Shown here one piece after another: positions 29,757-42,491 of a DNA stretch of 64,000 nucleotides; the first letter of the stretch is position 1; each line of letters starts with the position of its first letter. Below the pieces are notes generated by a model that did not search any database, was not told the DNA's origin, and was given only the letters and a program-made list of their open reading frames with translations. The position numbers and the translations under genes are program-made. Source of the stretch: an archaeon. GTDB taxonomy: Archaea; Nanobdellota; Nanobdellia; Woesearchaeales; GW2011-AR9. The stretch is taken from NCBI GenBank assembly GCA_018670085.1, contig JABHRS010000007.1, positions 272-64,271 on the forward strand, in the 5' to 3' direction.

Positions 29757-30389
29757 TTATTTTTTTAAACTAATCATTGCTTTATGAGCGGCTAACAGAT
29801 CGGATTCATTGACATAAAGTAGAATTTCAGGAATAGATTCAATAATTCCTTGGATATTTACACCTTCTAAACTAAGCTCTAATCCAATTCTTGCGAGAAG
29901 CCCAACAACCTCTTTATTTTCTTTTGGAAAAGTTAAACGAATTTCAGCTAAGTTTTCTATACTACTCTTGATATTTTTTGCTTGAAATATTTTCTTTTTA
30001 GCATCATAATCTTTTTGATTCATGAAAATTTTAATCTGCTCTTTACCTTTAATTAATCTAAAATTTTTTTTAAGAATATTTTTTGACAAATAATCTTTAC
30101 AAATAGATAAAAACTCTGCATCCTTTAACTCAATCAGTAAAATATTATTTTTAGTTGTAATGATCATGGATTGAAGATATTTTTTTAAATTTTTTTCTTC
30201 AAAATTATTGTTTTTTTGATTTTCAAATCTTCGAATTGCACTAATAATTGCATCAATTGTACCATCTACTCCTTGATCTTGTAAATATCTAGCTAAAGCC
30301 CTAGAATTAATTAGATCTCTTTGAAGATTTTTTTGAATAGCTCTATCACTTGTTAGAATTGTGTGAACTTGATGATGGATGTTTGTCAT
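29757..30389 (-). CDS. Archaeal ACT-domain regulator-like protein
   Basis: LINSRALARYL..AIISAIRR N-terminus; GLLARIGLELSLEGVNI ACT motif. Confidence 0.75.
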   Translation of the reverse strand: MTNIHHQVHTILTSDRAIQKNLQRDLINSRALARYLQDQGVDGTIDAIISAIRRFENQKNNNFEEKNLKKYLQSMIITTKNNILLIELKDAEFLSICKDYLSKNILKKNFRLIKGKEQIKIFMNQKDYDAKKKIFQAKNIKSSIENLAEIRLTFPKENKEVVGLLARIGLELSLEGVNIQGIIESIPEILLYVNESDLLAAHKAMISLKK

Positions 30390-30430
30390 ATAAGTAGGTA
30401 GACTGAATTAGTATTTTAGTGTTTTGGAAA

Positions 30431-32002
30431 TTATGATAATTTATAATTACCAATGGAATAAAATGACAAAATACAGATATTTCTTTTAAAATTATATTCT
30501 ACTTGTTGAAGAAGATTATTTTCATTATCTATTCTGTTTAGAAATTTTTCTTTTTCTTCTTTACACTCTGTATCTGAACTATGGCAAACATAATCACAAT
30601 CCCTAACTAAGATATAACTATAATCTCCAGCCTTTCTTTCATAAACAGCATTGGCAAGAGAAATGTCAGCAGTTGGGTAAATCAAATTATCCACATGTTC
30701 TATGATGTAGGGACTTGAAGATAATATTGGTTCAGTAATTTTATTTTCAATAATATAATCACCTAATAATTCAATTTCTGAATCGTAGACAGTAGTTGTA
30801 TAACTGATATTAGCAGCTGGAAAAACTTGAGCACCAATGATTGCAGTAATTATAATCACTACAGCCAGAAATGGTTGAAACTTTTGAAAAATTGATTTCT
30901 GAGTATTTGATTTTTTTTCTGAAGGATCTAACTTATCATTCTGAAATAATAACTGAGATATTCTGGTTTCAACTTTTGCAATGATGTCTGAGATTAAAAT
31001 TATCCAAAAAGGGTATAACATGATTAAATATCTAATCTCTTTTCTTGGAACAATTAACCAGAAATATAAAAATAATAACGTGCTACTGGTAACTATTAAT
31101 GTTTTGGATTCATTTTTGTAATCTTTATTTATAATAAATAATATTATTGCAAATGGAATAATTGCAAACAGTTGATAAACAGGGAAAAAGTCTGTAAAAT
31201 AAAACCAAAAATTAGTATCATACTGCCAAAGAAAGGTTCCAACAATCCAAGACCCACTTGTAAATGGGAGTAGTGGGTCAGAATATAGAATATAATTTAA
31301 AATCAGATATGGGATAAATGGAATTGAAAATCCAAATAATAAGAAAATACTCTCCTTTAATTGTTTTATTATCTGATGTTTAGTAATAACTTGTTTCCTT
31401 GCAATAATTTGTCTTGCAATTAAAGTTGAAAAAAAGATCATTGCTAATGGAAATTTTGTTAATGCAGCGATGGCAAAAATTGTTCCAATCATTAAATTTT
31501 TGTATTTATTTTTCCATGATGGAAGAATTGTCTCTCTATTAATGAATAGATAAACTGCAGCTAAACAAAGAGTTAAAGCTAATGGTTCGGTTAAAATCAA
31601 ACCTGTGAACATAATGGAAAGTGGTGCGATTGCTAAAATAAAAGCAGTATAATATGCAGCTTTTTTTGAATATACTCTCTTGGCAATTTTGTATGAAAGG
31701 ATGATTGTGGTTAATGAAAAAATTAAATCTAAAAATTTTCCAACCCACACAACATTAGCGCCAATTTTCCAAAAAAATCCAAGTAATATTGGATGAATCA
31801 ATGGACGATATGGTTCCCAAATTCCACTTGACCCTAAGGTGTAAATATATTTTGAGACTCCTAAATAAATTGAGGAATCCCACCACAAATTGAAATTTTG
31901 ATTCAGATGTACTAAACGAAATACCAAAGCTATAATTAATATGGATATGATGATCCAATTATTTTTAACAGTTTTAAACATAGAACTAATTTTTGAATCC
32001 AT
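30431..32002 (-). CDS. GT-C (ArnT/PMT, GT39-like) membrane glycosyltransferase
   Basis: WWDSSIY, RPLIHP, ILTEP, LTKF, KEIRY; many TM segments. Confidence 0.85.
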   Translation of the reverse strand: MDSKISSMFKTVKNNWIIISILIIALVFRLVHLNQNFNLWWDSSIYLGVSKYIYTLGSSGIWEPYRPLIHPILLGFFWKIGANVVWVGKFLDLIFSLTTIILSYKIAKRVYSKKAAYYTAFILAIAPLSIMFTGLILTEPLALTLCLAAVYLFINRETILPSWKNKYKNLMIGTIFAIAALTKFPLAMIFFSTLIARQIIARKQVITKHQIIKQLKESIFLLFGFSIPFIPYLILNYILYSDPLLPFTSGSWIVGTFLWQYDTNFWFYFTDFFPVYQLFAIIPFAIILFIINKDYKNESKTLIVTSSTLLFLYFWLIVPRKEIRYLIMLYPFWIILISDIIAKVETRISQLLFQNDKLDPSEKKSNTQKSIFQKFQPFLAVVIIITAIIGAQVFPAANISYTTTVYDSEIELLGDYIIENKITEPILSSSPYIIEHVDNLIYPTADISLANAVYERKAGDYSYILVRDCDYVCHSSDTECKEEKEKFLNRIDNENNLLQQVEYNFKRNICILSFYSIGNYKLS

Positions 32003-32151
32003 TTTTAATGTTGATTTGTTGTAATTGTTTTTTTATTTTTATTGATTTTTTTAAATTTTTTATTTTTATCTTAAGCTGGGTAATAATTGTTTTATAATAA
32101 TTGTCATTTTTGTCATGTTAATTATTATTATATTAATTTTAACCATGTGGT

Positions 32152-32985
32152 TCATGAACAAATACTGAGATTTTCTTGTTCACTGCAAAATAACTCTTTT
32201 AATTCATCTTTATTAACATATCCTATATGGGTTGTGTCACCAATAACTACGCTTGGGAATTCTTCTATCTCATATAGTGAAAATAATATCTGGGCTAATG
32301 GTTCTTCACTTGCTAAAGCTTGATCTATTGGAAATACTAAAAGTGAATCTTCTAATATTGCTTTATAATAACTAAGAACTGTTCCTTGACTTGGACAATC
32401 TGGACATCCCTCATAATAAAAATAAAGAACCGTAACAAAATCTTTTTCACATTTTTCGGCTGCTTGTTTTGCTAGCATCCAATATCTAATATTATCAAGG
32501 GTGTATCTTCTTTTGAGTAAAATAAATTCTTCATCTGGTAAGGTGTTCTCTTCTTCATATTCAACTATCTTAGCAAGAGAATCAGATAAATCATTGACTG
32601 AATCTTGTAGAGAAGTAGTTAGAATTGTGCAACTATCTTTATTTGGAGTGTTTGAATCTAAAACAGTTGTTAAAAACAAATATTGTAACTGAAGGGACAA
32701 GTATTCAACATCTTGAGCTTGATTAATGTCTTCTGCCCAGTTATATCTCTCATCTTCTAAAATTATCCCAAGAGTTAATCCTAAACTAAATATCAGAAAA
32801 GTTAAAATTGCTGCAATAATATACTTGTCTGTGCTAATTTTTCGAAAATTTCTTGACTTTTGTTGATCTTTTTGATTGTTCATATTATCTTGTTTATTAT
32901 AATGCTGATTGGGAGAATTATTATTTACTACAGCTGAACTGTTTGATTTATCATTCTCTGAGTTAATTTTGTGAATTGATGTCAT
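32152..32985 (-). CDS. Membrane-anchored thioredoxin-fold protein
   Basis: TM, coiled coil, then LYFYYEGCPDC and FPSVVI cis-Pro motif. Confidence 0.75.
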   Translation of the reverse strand: MTSIHKINSENDKSNSSAVVNNNSPNQHYNKQDNMNNQKDQQKSRNFRKISTDKYIIAAILTFLIFSLGLTLGIILEDERYNWAEDINQAQDVEYLSLQLQYLFLTTVLDSNTPNKDSCTILTTSLQDSVNDLSDSLAKIVEYEEENTLPDEEFILLKRRYTLDNIRYWMLAKQAAEKCEKDFVTVLYFYYEGCPDCPSQGTVLSYYKAILEDSLLVFPIDQALASEEPLAQILFSLYEIEEFPSVVIGDTTHIGYVNKDELKELFCSEQENLSICS

Positions 32986-33350
32986 ATAGAATTGTTGATT
33001 CTTTACTATTTATAAGGGTAGTGGAAATGAAGATAATACTCAAAATAACAAATTAGTATAAACTATTATCAGAACTATATAATCTAAAATATGGTCTAAA
33101 CATTATCTAATCAAAATCTTTGTTTTATCATTGGATCTAACCTATTAAATTATAAAAATTTATCATCTCTTATTTTTTTATTTTTTATGATTTATTTTTA
33201 TTTGTATGATCATAGATTATTTGTTTGTTTATCACGAAAAAATCTTTTTTTTGTATGCGATATTACGAAAAATATATAAAGCAAAAATGCTTTGTAAACA
33301 GAATAGAGGAATTGAGATTAATTAAAATCTTAAACAAATGAGGTGAGTGA

Positions 33351-33602
33351 ATGGTTAAATCACAAGAAGTAAGTAATAAAACATTGTTGATTCTAATAGT
33401 TGCAGTAACAGTTGTAACAATTGTAAGTACATGGTTTATAGTAGATTCTGTTTTTGATACTAAAGTATCAGTAGGAGAACCAGTTGGAAGTGCAGAAGTG
33501 TCATTAATAATTGAAGATCCTAACACAGAAGTTGTAGTTGAAGAAGAAGAGGAATCAGATTCTGAAGCTGAAGTTTCTTTAACAATAGAGGAATCAGAAT
33601 AA
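33351..33602 (+). CDS. Small membrane-anchored acidic protein with duplicated AEVSL[IT]IE motif
   Basis: GAGGTGA SD; TM then GSAEVSLIIE and SEAEVSLTIEE. Confidence 0.7.
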   Translation: MVKSQEVSNKTLLILIVAVTVVTIVSTWFIVDSVFDTKVSVGEPVGSAEVSLIIEDPNTEVVVEEEEESDSEAEVSLTIEESE

Positions 33603-33633
33603 AAAATAGTTATAATAAGAGGTATGGAAAAAA

Positions 33634-34347
33634 ATGGAAGAACATAAATTATTAACAGGAATGCTACTTGTTGCTTTAGTGGTTTCAATTGTTGGAACTG
33701 TAATCACAGTAGATAGATTAGGTGCACTTGGTGGAGGAACAGACAGTTCATTTACTGGTGCAATTACAGGAAGTGCGAATTTAACAATTACTGTAGATAC
33801 TACAATTAGTTTACCAAGTTCAGAAGTAACTCTTGGTAGTGGGAATGTAGCAGCTAATGCATCATTTGCAACAATTGACACTTCACTTCCTTTAAGTGTT
33901 GATGATGGGACATGGGCGAATCAATCTTATAACATCACAGTTAGAAATGATGGGAATGTAAAAGTTAATGTTACTATTCAGTCAAATGTGACTAGAGGAA
34001 ATGGAACTGGAATTGTGCCAGATTCATGGAGTTTTGCTTGTTCTGGAACAACAGAGAACACTTGTGGGCTTGGTTTTAATAATGAATCAGGAGAGGAATT
34101 AGAGTTTGCGTATAAAGGAGCTGATAATGAAGGGAATTCTTGTAATCCAAATCATCTTAGCACTGAATATCAATCTTTTAATAATTCTCTAGTAGAATAT
34201 CCATTATGTGGATGTCTTGACTATGCTTCACAGGTTGACGAGGTTCTAACTTACTTAAAAATAGGAATTCCTGGTGATACTACTGGACTTAAAGAGGCAA
34301 CAATAACATTTACTGCAGTTCAACCTGGGCCAACATGTCCGAGTTAA
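33634..34347 (+). CDS. Secreted beta-rich surface protein, paralog 1 (candidate filament subunit)
   Basis: N-terminal TM, TGAITGSANLTIT, six Cys, many NxS/T sequons, KEATITFTAV end. Confidence 0.8.
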   Translation: MEEHKLLTGMLLVALVVSIVGTVITVDRLGALGGGTDSSFTGAITGSANLTITVDTTISLPSSEVTLGSGNVAANASFATIDTSLPLSVDDGTWANQSYNITVRNDGNVKVNVTIQSNVTRGNGTGIVPDSWSFACSGTTENTCGLGFNNESGEELEFAYKGADNEGNSCNPNHLSTEYQSFNNSLVEYPLCGCLDYASQVDEVLTYLKIGIPGDTTGLKEATITFTAVQPGPTCPS

Positions 34348-34530
34348 TTAGTTAATTAATTTTTTTTTTTTCTTTTTCTTTTTTCATAATTTCTTTTTCT
34401 GGATTTAATTGTGTTCAAATTAATTTGAGTTTTGGTAGTTCTAAAATAAAAACGAAAATTTAATAAGCTAATTTTATTTACTTAAGATATAATTAATTTT
34501 TTGAATAATTAAATTATTGGGTGGATAAAG

Positions 34531-35229
34531 ATGGATGAACATAAATTGTTAACAGGGATGTTATTGATAGCTTTAGTAGTTACTGTTGTAGGTACATTAG
34601 TTACAGTAGATAGGTTAAGTGTAATTGATGGTGGTAGTGTTTTAACTGGAGCAATATCTGGATCAGCAAACTTGTCCATTACTGAAGATATTACAATTAG
34701 CTTACCTTCAAGTTTGGTTGAGATTGGTTCTGGGAAAGTAGCAGCTAATGCAACTTTTGCGGTAGTTGATACTAGTAGTACAGTTGGAGTAGAAGACGGG
34801 ACTTGGGCAAACAGTTCTTATAATATCACATTTAGAAATGATGGGAATGAAGGAGTAAATGTTACTGTTCAGTCCAATGTGACTCGAGGAAATGCATCTG
34901 GGGAAGATGGACTTACCTACAGCTTTGCTTGTTCTGGTGATACTGATGATTGTGGAAATGCGTTTACTAACAATACTGGGGATGAACTGGATTTTGCGTT
35001 TAAAGCATCTAACAATGAAGATGGGTCTTGTGCTGCAAGTTTTTTAACTAGTGCATTTCAATCATTTCACTCTGCAGACTTGGATTACAAACTTTGTGGA
35101 TGTTTATCAGCTGATAACAGTAACGATGAAGTTGCAACTTTTTTTAAGATGGGTGTGCCTGACGACACTACAGGATTAAAAGAAGCCACATTAACATTTA
35201 CTGCAGTATCCTCAGATGAGACTTGTTGA
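34531..35229 (+). CDS. Secreted beta-rich surface protein, paralog 2
   Basis: Colinear with 33634..34347 (HKLLTGMLL, DGTWAN, RNDGN, QSNVTRGN, LCGCL, DTTGLKEAT). Confidence 0.8.
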   Translation: MDEHKLLTGMLLIALVVTVVGTLVTVDRLSVIDGGSVLTGAISGSANLSITEDITISLPSSLVEIGSGKVAANATFAVVDTSSTVGVEDGTWANSSYNITFRNDGNEGVNVTVQSNVTRGNASGEDGLTYSFACSGDTDDCGNAFTNNTGDELDFAFKASNNEDGSCAASFLTSAFQSFHSADLDYKLCGCLSADNSNDEVATFFKMGVPDDTTGLKEATLTFTAVSSDETC

Positions 35230-35464
35230 TTAATGTAGTTGTATTTTTTTTATTTATTTATTTTTTATTTTATTTATTTTCTGTTTGATATTTTTTAAAT
35301 GATGATATTTTTTTTTTTTTTTAAAGTTATTCTCTGATAATTAGAAATTCTTGTTAAAAAGACACTGGAATATACTTATTTAAAACAAAAATTTTATAAG
35401 TAAGTTTTGAACTGATAATGTAGATAATGTTAATCCGATCATTTTGTTTTTATAGAGGTGGAAA

Positions 35465-36652
35465 ATGAGAAAAATACTGAGTAAATTAATTTTAATAGTA
35501 ATCATGGTTTCTATTATTTCTGTTAGTGTCACAGCAATTGGTTTACAAGGTAGTCAACTATTTCTTAAAGGAATGTATGAAAGTGGAGTAACGTATTCTT
35601 ACACTTATACAGTTAATTTTGCTGGAACTGATGATCAGTCTTTTGTAGAAGTTACAACTGAAGGAGATTTAGCAGATTACTTACACACATCAGTGACTGA
35701 GATTTATCCATTGCAAGGTGATAGTTTGGAATTTTCTGTTGATTTTATCATGACAGATGATTTACCTGAAGCTGGAAACAGGATGGGAAGGGTTTGTGTG
35801 TTAGAAGCTAGTACTGGTAGTGGAGTTAGTGCTAGAACAAAGTCATGTGCTGTTTTTGAAATGTTTGTTTTACATAATGGAATACATCCTGCTATTTCAT
35901 TTAGTGCTGTAGAAGGTGGTTCTGAAGTGGATTTTTCTTTAGAAGTTACAAACCTTGGACAAGAAGATATTAGTTCTAGCTCAGCTATAATTGAGATTTA
36001 TTCTCCTGATGAAGAGTTAATTGAAACTTTGAGTATAAATGGAGATGCAATTAGTTCTTCTGATGTGGTCACTTTATCAGCATCTTATAACAGTGTTGGT
36101 CTAGTTGCAGGTGATTATTCTGCTAAAGCATATGTAGACACTGATGCTGAGTCAACTGAATCCTTAACTAATTTTAAGATTGGAACTGAAGATGTTTCAG
36201 TTGTTAGCTTTACGGAAACAGTTGAAGTTAATGGAATTCAAAAATTTGAGGTACTAGTATCTAATGAATGGGCTGGTTCTCAAGATGTAATGTTAAAATT
36301 AAATGTTGGATCTCAAACAGTAGATAGTGATGAGAAAACAATTGGTAAATGGAGTGAAGAGAATTTTTTATTTTATTTAGAGACAGATGATTTTGATTAT
36401 GGTGAACAATCTGCATTTCTGACAATATTTTTTGCAGATTCTGAACAGCGAGAAGAAGAATTACCAATTACAATTGTTGAAAAATCTACTGACAACTTAG
36501 TTGTTCTTGAAAATGATGGTTCTAATAGTTTGATATTAAATAATCCGTTGTTTTTAATTTTAGGAGTAATTGTAGTAATTTTAGTATTGCTAGGGACGTT
36601 TTTTGTGATAAAAAAGAAGTCTGATGCAGAAGAAAAAGAAGAAATGTTTTAA
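35465..36652 (+). CDS. Multi-Ig-like surface protein with C-terminal TM anchor
   Basis: Signal peptide, VTNLG and GDYSAKAYV beta motifs, C-terminal TM plus KKK. Confidence 0.75.
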   Translation: MRKILSKLILIVIMVSIISVSVTAIGLQGSQLFLKGMYESGVTYSYTYTVNFAGTDDQSFVEVTTEGDLADYLHTSVTEIYPLQGDSLEFSVDFIMTDDLPEAGNRMGRVCVLEASTGSGVSARTKSCAVFEMFVLHNGIHPAISFSAVEGGSEVDFSLEVTNLGQEDISSSSAIIEIYSPDEELIETLSINGDAISSSDVVTLSASYNSVGLVAGDYSAKAYVDTDAESTESLTNFKIGTEDVSVVSFTETVEVNGIQKFEVLVSNEWAGSQDVMLKLNVGSQTVDSDEKTIGKWSEENFLFYLETDDFDYGEQSAFLTIFFADSEQREEELPITIVEKSTDNLVVLENDGSNSLILNNPLFLILGVIVVILVLLGTFFVIKKKSDAEEKEEMF

Positions 36653-36676
36653 TTATTGTTTGGGGGTAGAATTTTG

Positions 36677-37108
36677 ATGAAAGAAAATATAAAATATCTG
36701 GTACTTGTTATAATGTTATTGTTGATATCTGTTGGATTAACAATAACAGCTTATTCAGTAATAGTAATTAAAGATGTGATTTATTTAGATACTTTTGTGA
36801 ATGTAGAAGATGTCGTTGGTTTTAATATTGAAACTGATAAATTAAATTTTGGTACAATGCCAGCACATAATTTATCATCAGGAGATAGAAAAACAGTTTT
36901 CCATAACCCTTATGATCATTCAGTTAAATTAACTGATAAATCCTATGGAGAAATGGAAGGTTGGGTTACAATGAATAACCCAGATAGAATATTCTTGCCT
37001 GGCGAAACAGATTATATTTATTTTACAATTCGTTTGAATGATGAAATTGAAGAGAATAGAAATTATACTGGGTATACTAAGGTATTTGTAAGAAGAGTAT
37101 TTTCATAG
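36677..37108 (+). CDS. Small membrane-anchored Ig-like protein
   Basis: N-terminal TM, LNFG, NYTGYTKV end. Confidence 0.7.
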   Translation: MKENIKYLVLVIMLLLISVGLTITAYSVIVIKDVIYLDTFVNVEDVVGFNIETDKLNFGTMPAHNLSSGDRKTVFHNPYDHSVKLTDKSYGEMEGWVTMNNPDRIFLPGETDYIYFTIRLNDEIEENRNYTGYTKVFVRRVFS

Positions 37109-37207
37109 AATTTATTGATCTTTTTTAATTTTTTTAATTTAAATTTTTTTTTTTTTCTCTGTTTAATTTGTTATCTTCTGTTGTCATATTTTGCAATAAT
37201 TGGATAT

Positions 37208-37684
37208 TTAAATTAAATTCCAAATTTTATCTCCAATAAAATGAACATTCTTTAGAGATTTACCAGTTTGCTTTGATTGCATTTCTTGCGTATCTAAAAG
37301 AGCTTTACCTAAACAAATAGCTGTGCCATGGGTTTCATCAACTATTGCAACAATCTGATCTTTAGTTATATCTTGGTCTATTTTTTTGATACCTGGACGC
37401 ATAATATCAGCACCACCCGCTACAAATTTAATTGCACCCATATCAACTGTTACTTTTTTTAGTAGATTTGGATATTTTTGTAAAAATTTTAATGTTGGGA
37501 TTAATTTTTCAGAGTAGTAGAAAAAAGCGATCTGATTGTTTATTTTGATGATTTTAACCTGTTGATCTTTATCTTCACAAACAATAATTGAATCTTTTTT
37601 GGAGATAGAAATCTGCTCTTCACTGTAGCCTGCAGCTTGAAGTTCTTGTTTAAACTGTTTGGATTTAATCCTTGTTTGTTTCAT
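37208..37684 (-). CDS. PUA-domain RNA-binding protein (MCT-1/DUF1947-like)
   Basis: IPTLK, VDMGAIKFVAGGADIMRPGI, HFIGDKIW. Confidence 0.9.
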   Translation of the reverse strand: MKQTRIKSKQFKQELQAAGYSEEQISISKKDSIIVCEDKDQQVKIIKINNQIAFFYYSEKLIPTLKFLQKYPNLLKKVTVDMGAIKFVAGGADIMRPGIKKIDQDITKDQIVAIVDETHGTAICLGKALLDTQEMQSKQTGKSLKNVHFIGDKIWNLI

Positions 37685-37704
37685 AGTAACGATTAAGGTA
37701 ATGA

Positions 37705-39891
<2,187 letters not shown>

Positions 39892-39978
39892 TTATCGTCG
39901 ATAAATCACTTTTATTTGTAGAATTTAGGGCTTTATAAAGATGTTGTTTTTGTAGACCAAATATTGTTAATTTTATCA

Positions 39979-40527
39979 CTAATTATCGTACTCAAATATT
40001 CCAAAAGTCAAACCATCATAAACTGTGATCTCATCTTCTTTAGTGAACCTGAATCCATCGAATAGTTTTAATGAATCTTTGTTTTTGTGAGGTGAGAGAG
40101 CTGCTGCTGCAATAATGGTGTTTTTCTTTGTATCATCTAAAAATGAAAGCATGAGCATTCTGCCATATTGTTTACCTTGTTGTTCTTTACTAACTACTAA
40201 AATGTCTGTGTAAACAAAATCATACTGGATATTTTTTAATAAGTGTTGAACAATTTTGTCGCTGTTGAATTCTTTGTTTGAGAGAAATTTTTTGTGATAG
40301 CCAATCATAACTCCAATAAGTTTACCTGCTTTTGATCCTTGGTCTTCTGTTGCTTCACCTTCAAGAACACTGATGTAGCCATCTTTACTTTCAATTGTTT
40401 TTTTGATCAGATTAGGATCTTCTCTGTTTTTGTGATTTTTATTCTCAGAATTATTTTGTTGAATCAGAGAAATAATTGCATCAATATCATCAACTGTAGC
40501 ACCACGCATCTTCATAATGTTCACCAT
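39979..40527 (-). CDS. GNAT acetyltransferase
   Basis: VVSKEQQGKQYG motif A; N..SLKLFDGFRF. Confidence 0.8.
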   Translation of the reverse strand: MVNIMKMRGATVDDIDAIISLIQQNNSENKNHKNREDPNLIKKTIESKDGYISVLEGEATEDQGSKAGKLIGVMIGYHKKFLSNKEFNSDKIVQHLLKNIQYDFVYTDILVVSKEQQGKQYGRMLMLSFLDDTKKNTIIAAAALSPHKNKDSLKLFDGFRFTKEDEITVYDGLTFGIFEYDN

Positions 40528-40825
40528 TAATTTTTTTTTTTTAATTGATGTATTCTATAAATGTTAAAATATTTAAATAGATTTGGTTTTTGAAGTACTA
40601 TGGATATCGCAGTTGTATTAAAAATCGTAAAAAATCAGGGGCAGTTGGTTTATTTACAAAGTGGCGAGTAGATCGAAAGGAATATGTAAAGCAAGCTTTA
40701 ATCATGGTATTAATTGGCGTTGAGAATAACTATTAAATTTCCTTGTAGTTTTTTTTACACTTATTGTATTTGAGTAAACATATCTTTAAAAGCTCAAATT
40801 TGAAATTATTCTTTGGTGATTTATA

Positions 40826-41296
40826 ATGAATATAGGAGATAGGTTAAGAACAATTAGTAAATATTTAGCAGCAAATGCTGATGAACTTGCAGGAACAATG
40901 TCAAATGAAGGATATTTTTCAGTTAAACCGGCAGAAACTGGAAATGGACGTTCAGGCAATTATTTAATTCATGGAAATCCAGTTGCTATTCTTGAACATC
41001 TAATTGATCAAAGGAGTTTTTTCGGAGCTTATGTCACAGAAAGTCCTGATTTTGTATCAAATTGTAACAATGCAAACATATCTAAATTAGATCCTTCAGG
41101 ACCTTTGAAATTTAGTGGAGACTATAAAGTAATGTTAAATGATTCCAATGAATTGGTTTTAGATGTTCCAAGAATTAAACTGCTAGAACCAACTGCTAGT
41201 ATGTACACAACTGAAGAAAATTTTGTTCAGAATGCAAGAATGTCTGGAGTAGTAGGTGACTTGGCAGCAATTGCAAAAAAATTGTATCAGAGATAA
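40826..41296 (+). CDS. Hypothetical protein
   Basis: 156-aa ORF with GGTGAT SD. Confidence 0.6.
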   Translation: MNIGDRLRTISKYLAANADELAGTMSNEGYFSVKPAETGNGRSGNYLIHGNPVAILEHLIDQRSFFGAYVTESPDFVSNCNNANISKLDPSGPLKFSGDYKVMLNDSNELVLDVPRIKLLEPTASMYTTEENFVQNARMSGVVGDLAAIAKKLYQR

Positions 41297-41361
41297 TTGT
41301 AGTTTTTTTAATTTTTTTTTAATTTTAATTTTATAACATTCATGTAAGATCACATTGTTAA

Positions 41362-42441
41362 TCACACTTCATCAGTACGCCACTTACAATTAACTTCCAT
41401 CTCTGGATGATTGTCTTTTCTTAAGAAACCTTCCCAGGCAATCATTGCACCTTGATCACCAGCTAAATCTATTGGGACATTGTAAAAAGTTGCATTTCGT
41501 TCTTTGCACATTGTGTTTAACATTTCACAAAATCTTTTATTTGCTCCAACACCACCAACTAAAATTAGTTCGTTTTTATTGCATCCAGCCATCGCACGTT
41601 CAGCAATTTCAGTCGCTGCTGCAAATGCAGTTTCTTGAAGTGAGTAACAAATATCTTCCTTTCTAATATGTTCTTGTTTTCGCCATAATTTTTGATTGGA
41701 AGGAACTGTTTTGTCATCAAATTTTTTATCAAAGATGATCATTTTATTTGGATATAATTTTCCCCATTCTGGTTTTCTCTCCCATAATTGTTGGCATTTT
41801 GTTAGAAGTCCTGAAAAACTAATATCCATTCCTTTCACTGAATATGGAAGTTCAATAAATTCTCCTCCTTTAGCTAACTTTTCAATGCCAGGACCTGCAG
41901 GAAAACCTAAACCTAAGATTCGACCAAGTTTGTCAAGCATGTTTCCCATTCCATTATCTAAAGTTTCCCCAAGAATTCGATATTTGTTATCTTCTTGAAC
42001 AATAACTTGAGTGTTAACGCCAGAAACATAAAGGTAACAAGGATCTTTGGCATTGTTAATAATTTTTCCAATGCTTAAATGAGCTGCACAGTGATTAACA
42101 GGAATTAATGGTTTCTGATGTTCTTCTGCTAAGGCTTTAGCATATTTTTGCCCTACCCAGAGAATTGGATCAATTCCAGGCCCTGCACTGTAGGAAATAG
42201 CATCTATTTGCTTCCATGTGACCTTTGCAGCCGATAGAGCGTCATTTAAGACCTGTTCTTTGCATTCATGATGGTGAGCTACAATCTCTTCAGGAACCAT
42301 CCCATGTTCTTTGTTACTGTATCTATCATAAACATTAGCTAGAACTTCACAGTTATCATTTGAAGCACTTACAACCCCAACACCAAAAGTGTGTGCTGTA
42401 GATTCTATCCCAAGGATTATCATTGAATTAGTTGTAGTCAT
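41362..42441 (-). CDS. kae1: tRNA t6A synthase Kae1
   Basis: LGIESTAHTFG, VNHCAAH, LYVSGVNTQ, GETLD, DQGAMIAW, WRTDEV. Confidence 0.95.
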   Translation of the reverse strand: MTTTNSMIILGIESTAHTFGVGVVSASNDNCEVLANVYDRYSNKEHGMVPEEIVAHHHECKEQVLNDALSAAKVTWKQIDAISYSAGPGIDPILWVGQKYAKALAEEHQKPLIPVNHCAAHLSIGKIINNAKDPCYLYVSGVNTQVIVQEDNKYRILGETLDNGMGNMLDKLGRILGLGFPAGPGIEKLAKGGEFIELPYSVKGMDISFSGLLTKCQQLWERKPEWGKLYPNKMIIFDKKFDDKTVPSNQKLWRKQEHIRKEDICYSLQETAFAAATEIAERAMAGCNKNELILVGGVGANKRFCEMLNTMCKERNATFYNVPIDLAGDQGAMIAWEGFLRKDNHPEMEVNCKWRTDEV

Positions 42442-42491
42442 TGTTGCTGTGTAGATTACTGTGCTTTAAAAAATTATTGAGAAAGAAAGTG

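Noticed and set aside
33263-33881. Minus-strand 141-aa and 95-aa ORFs
   Set aside because: Antisense to + strand genes that have SD sites and paralogy support
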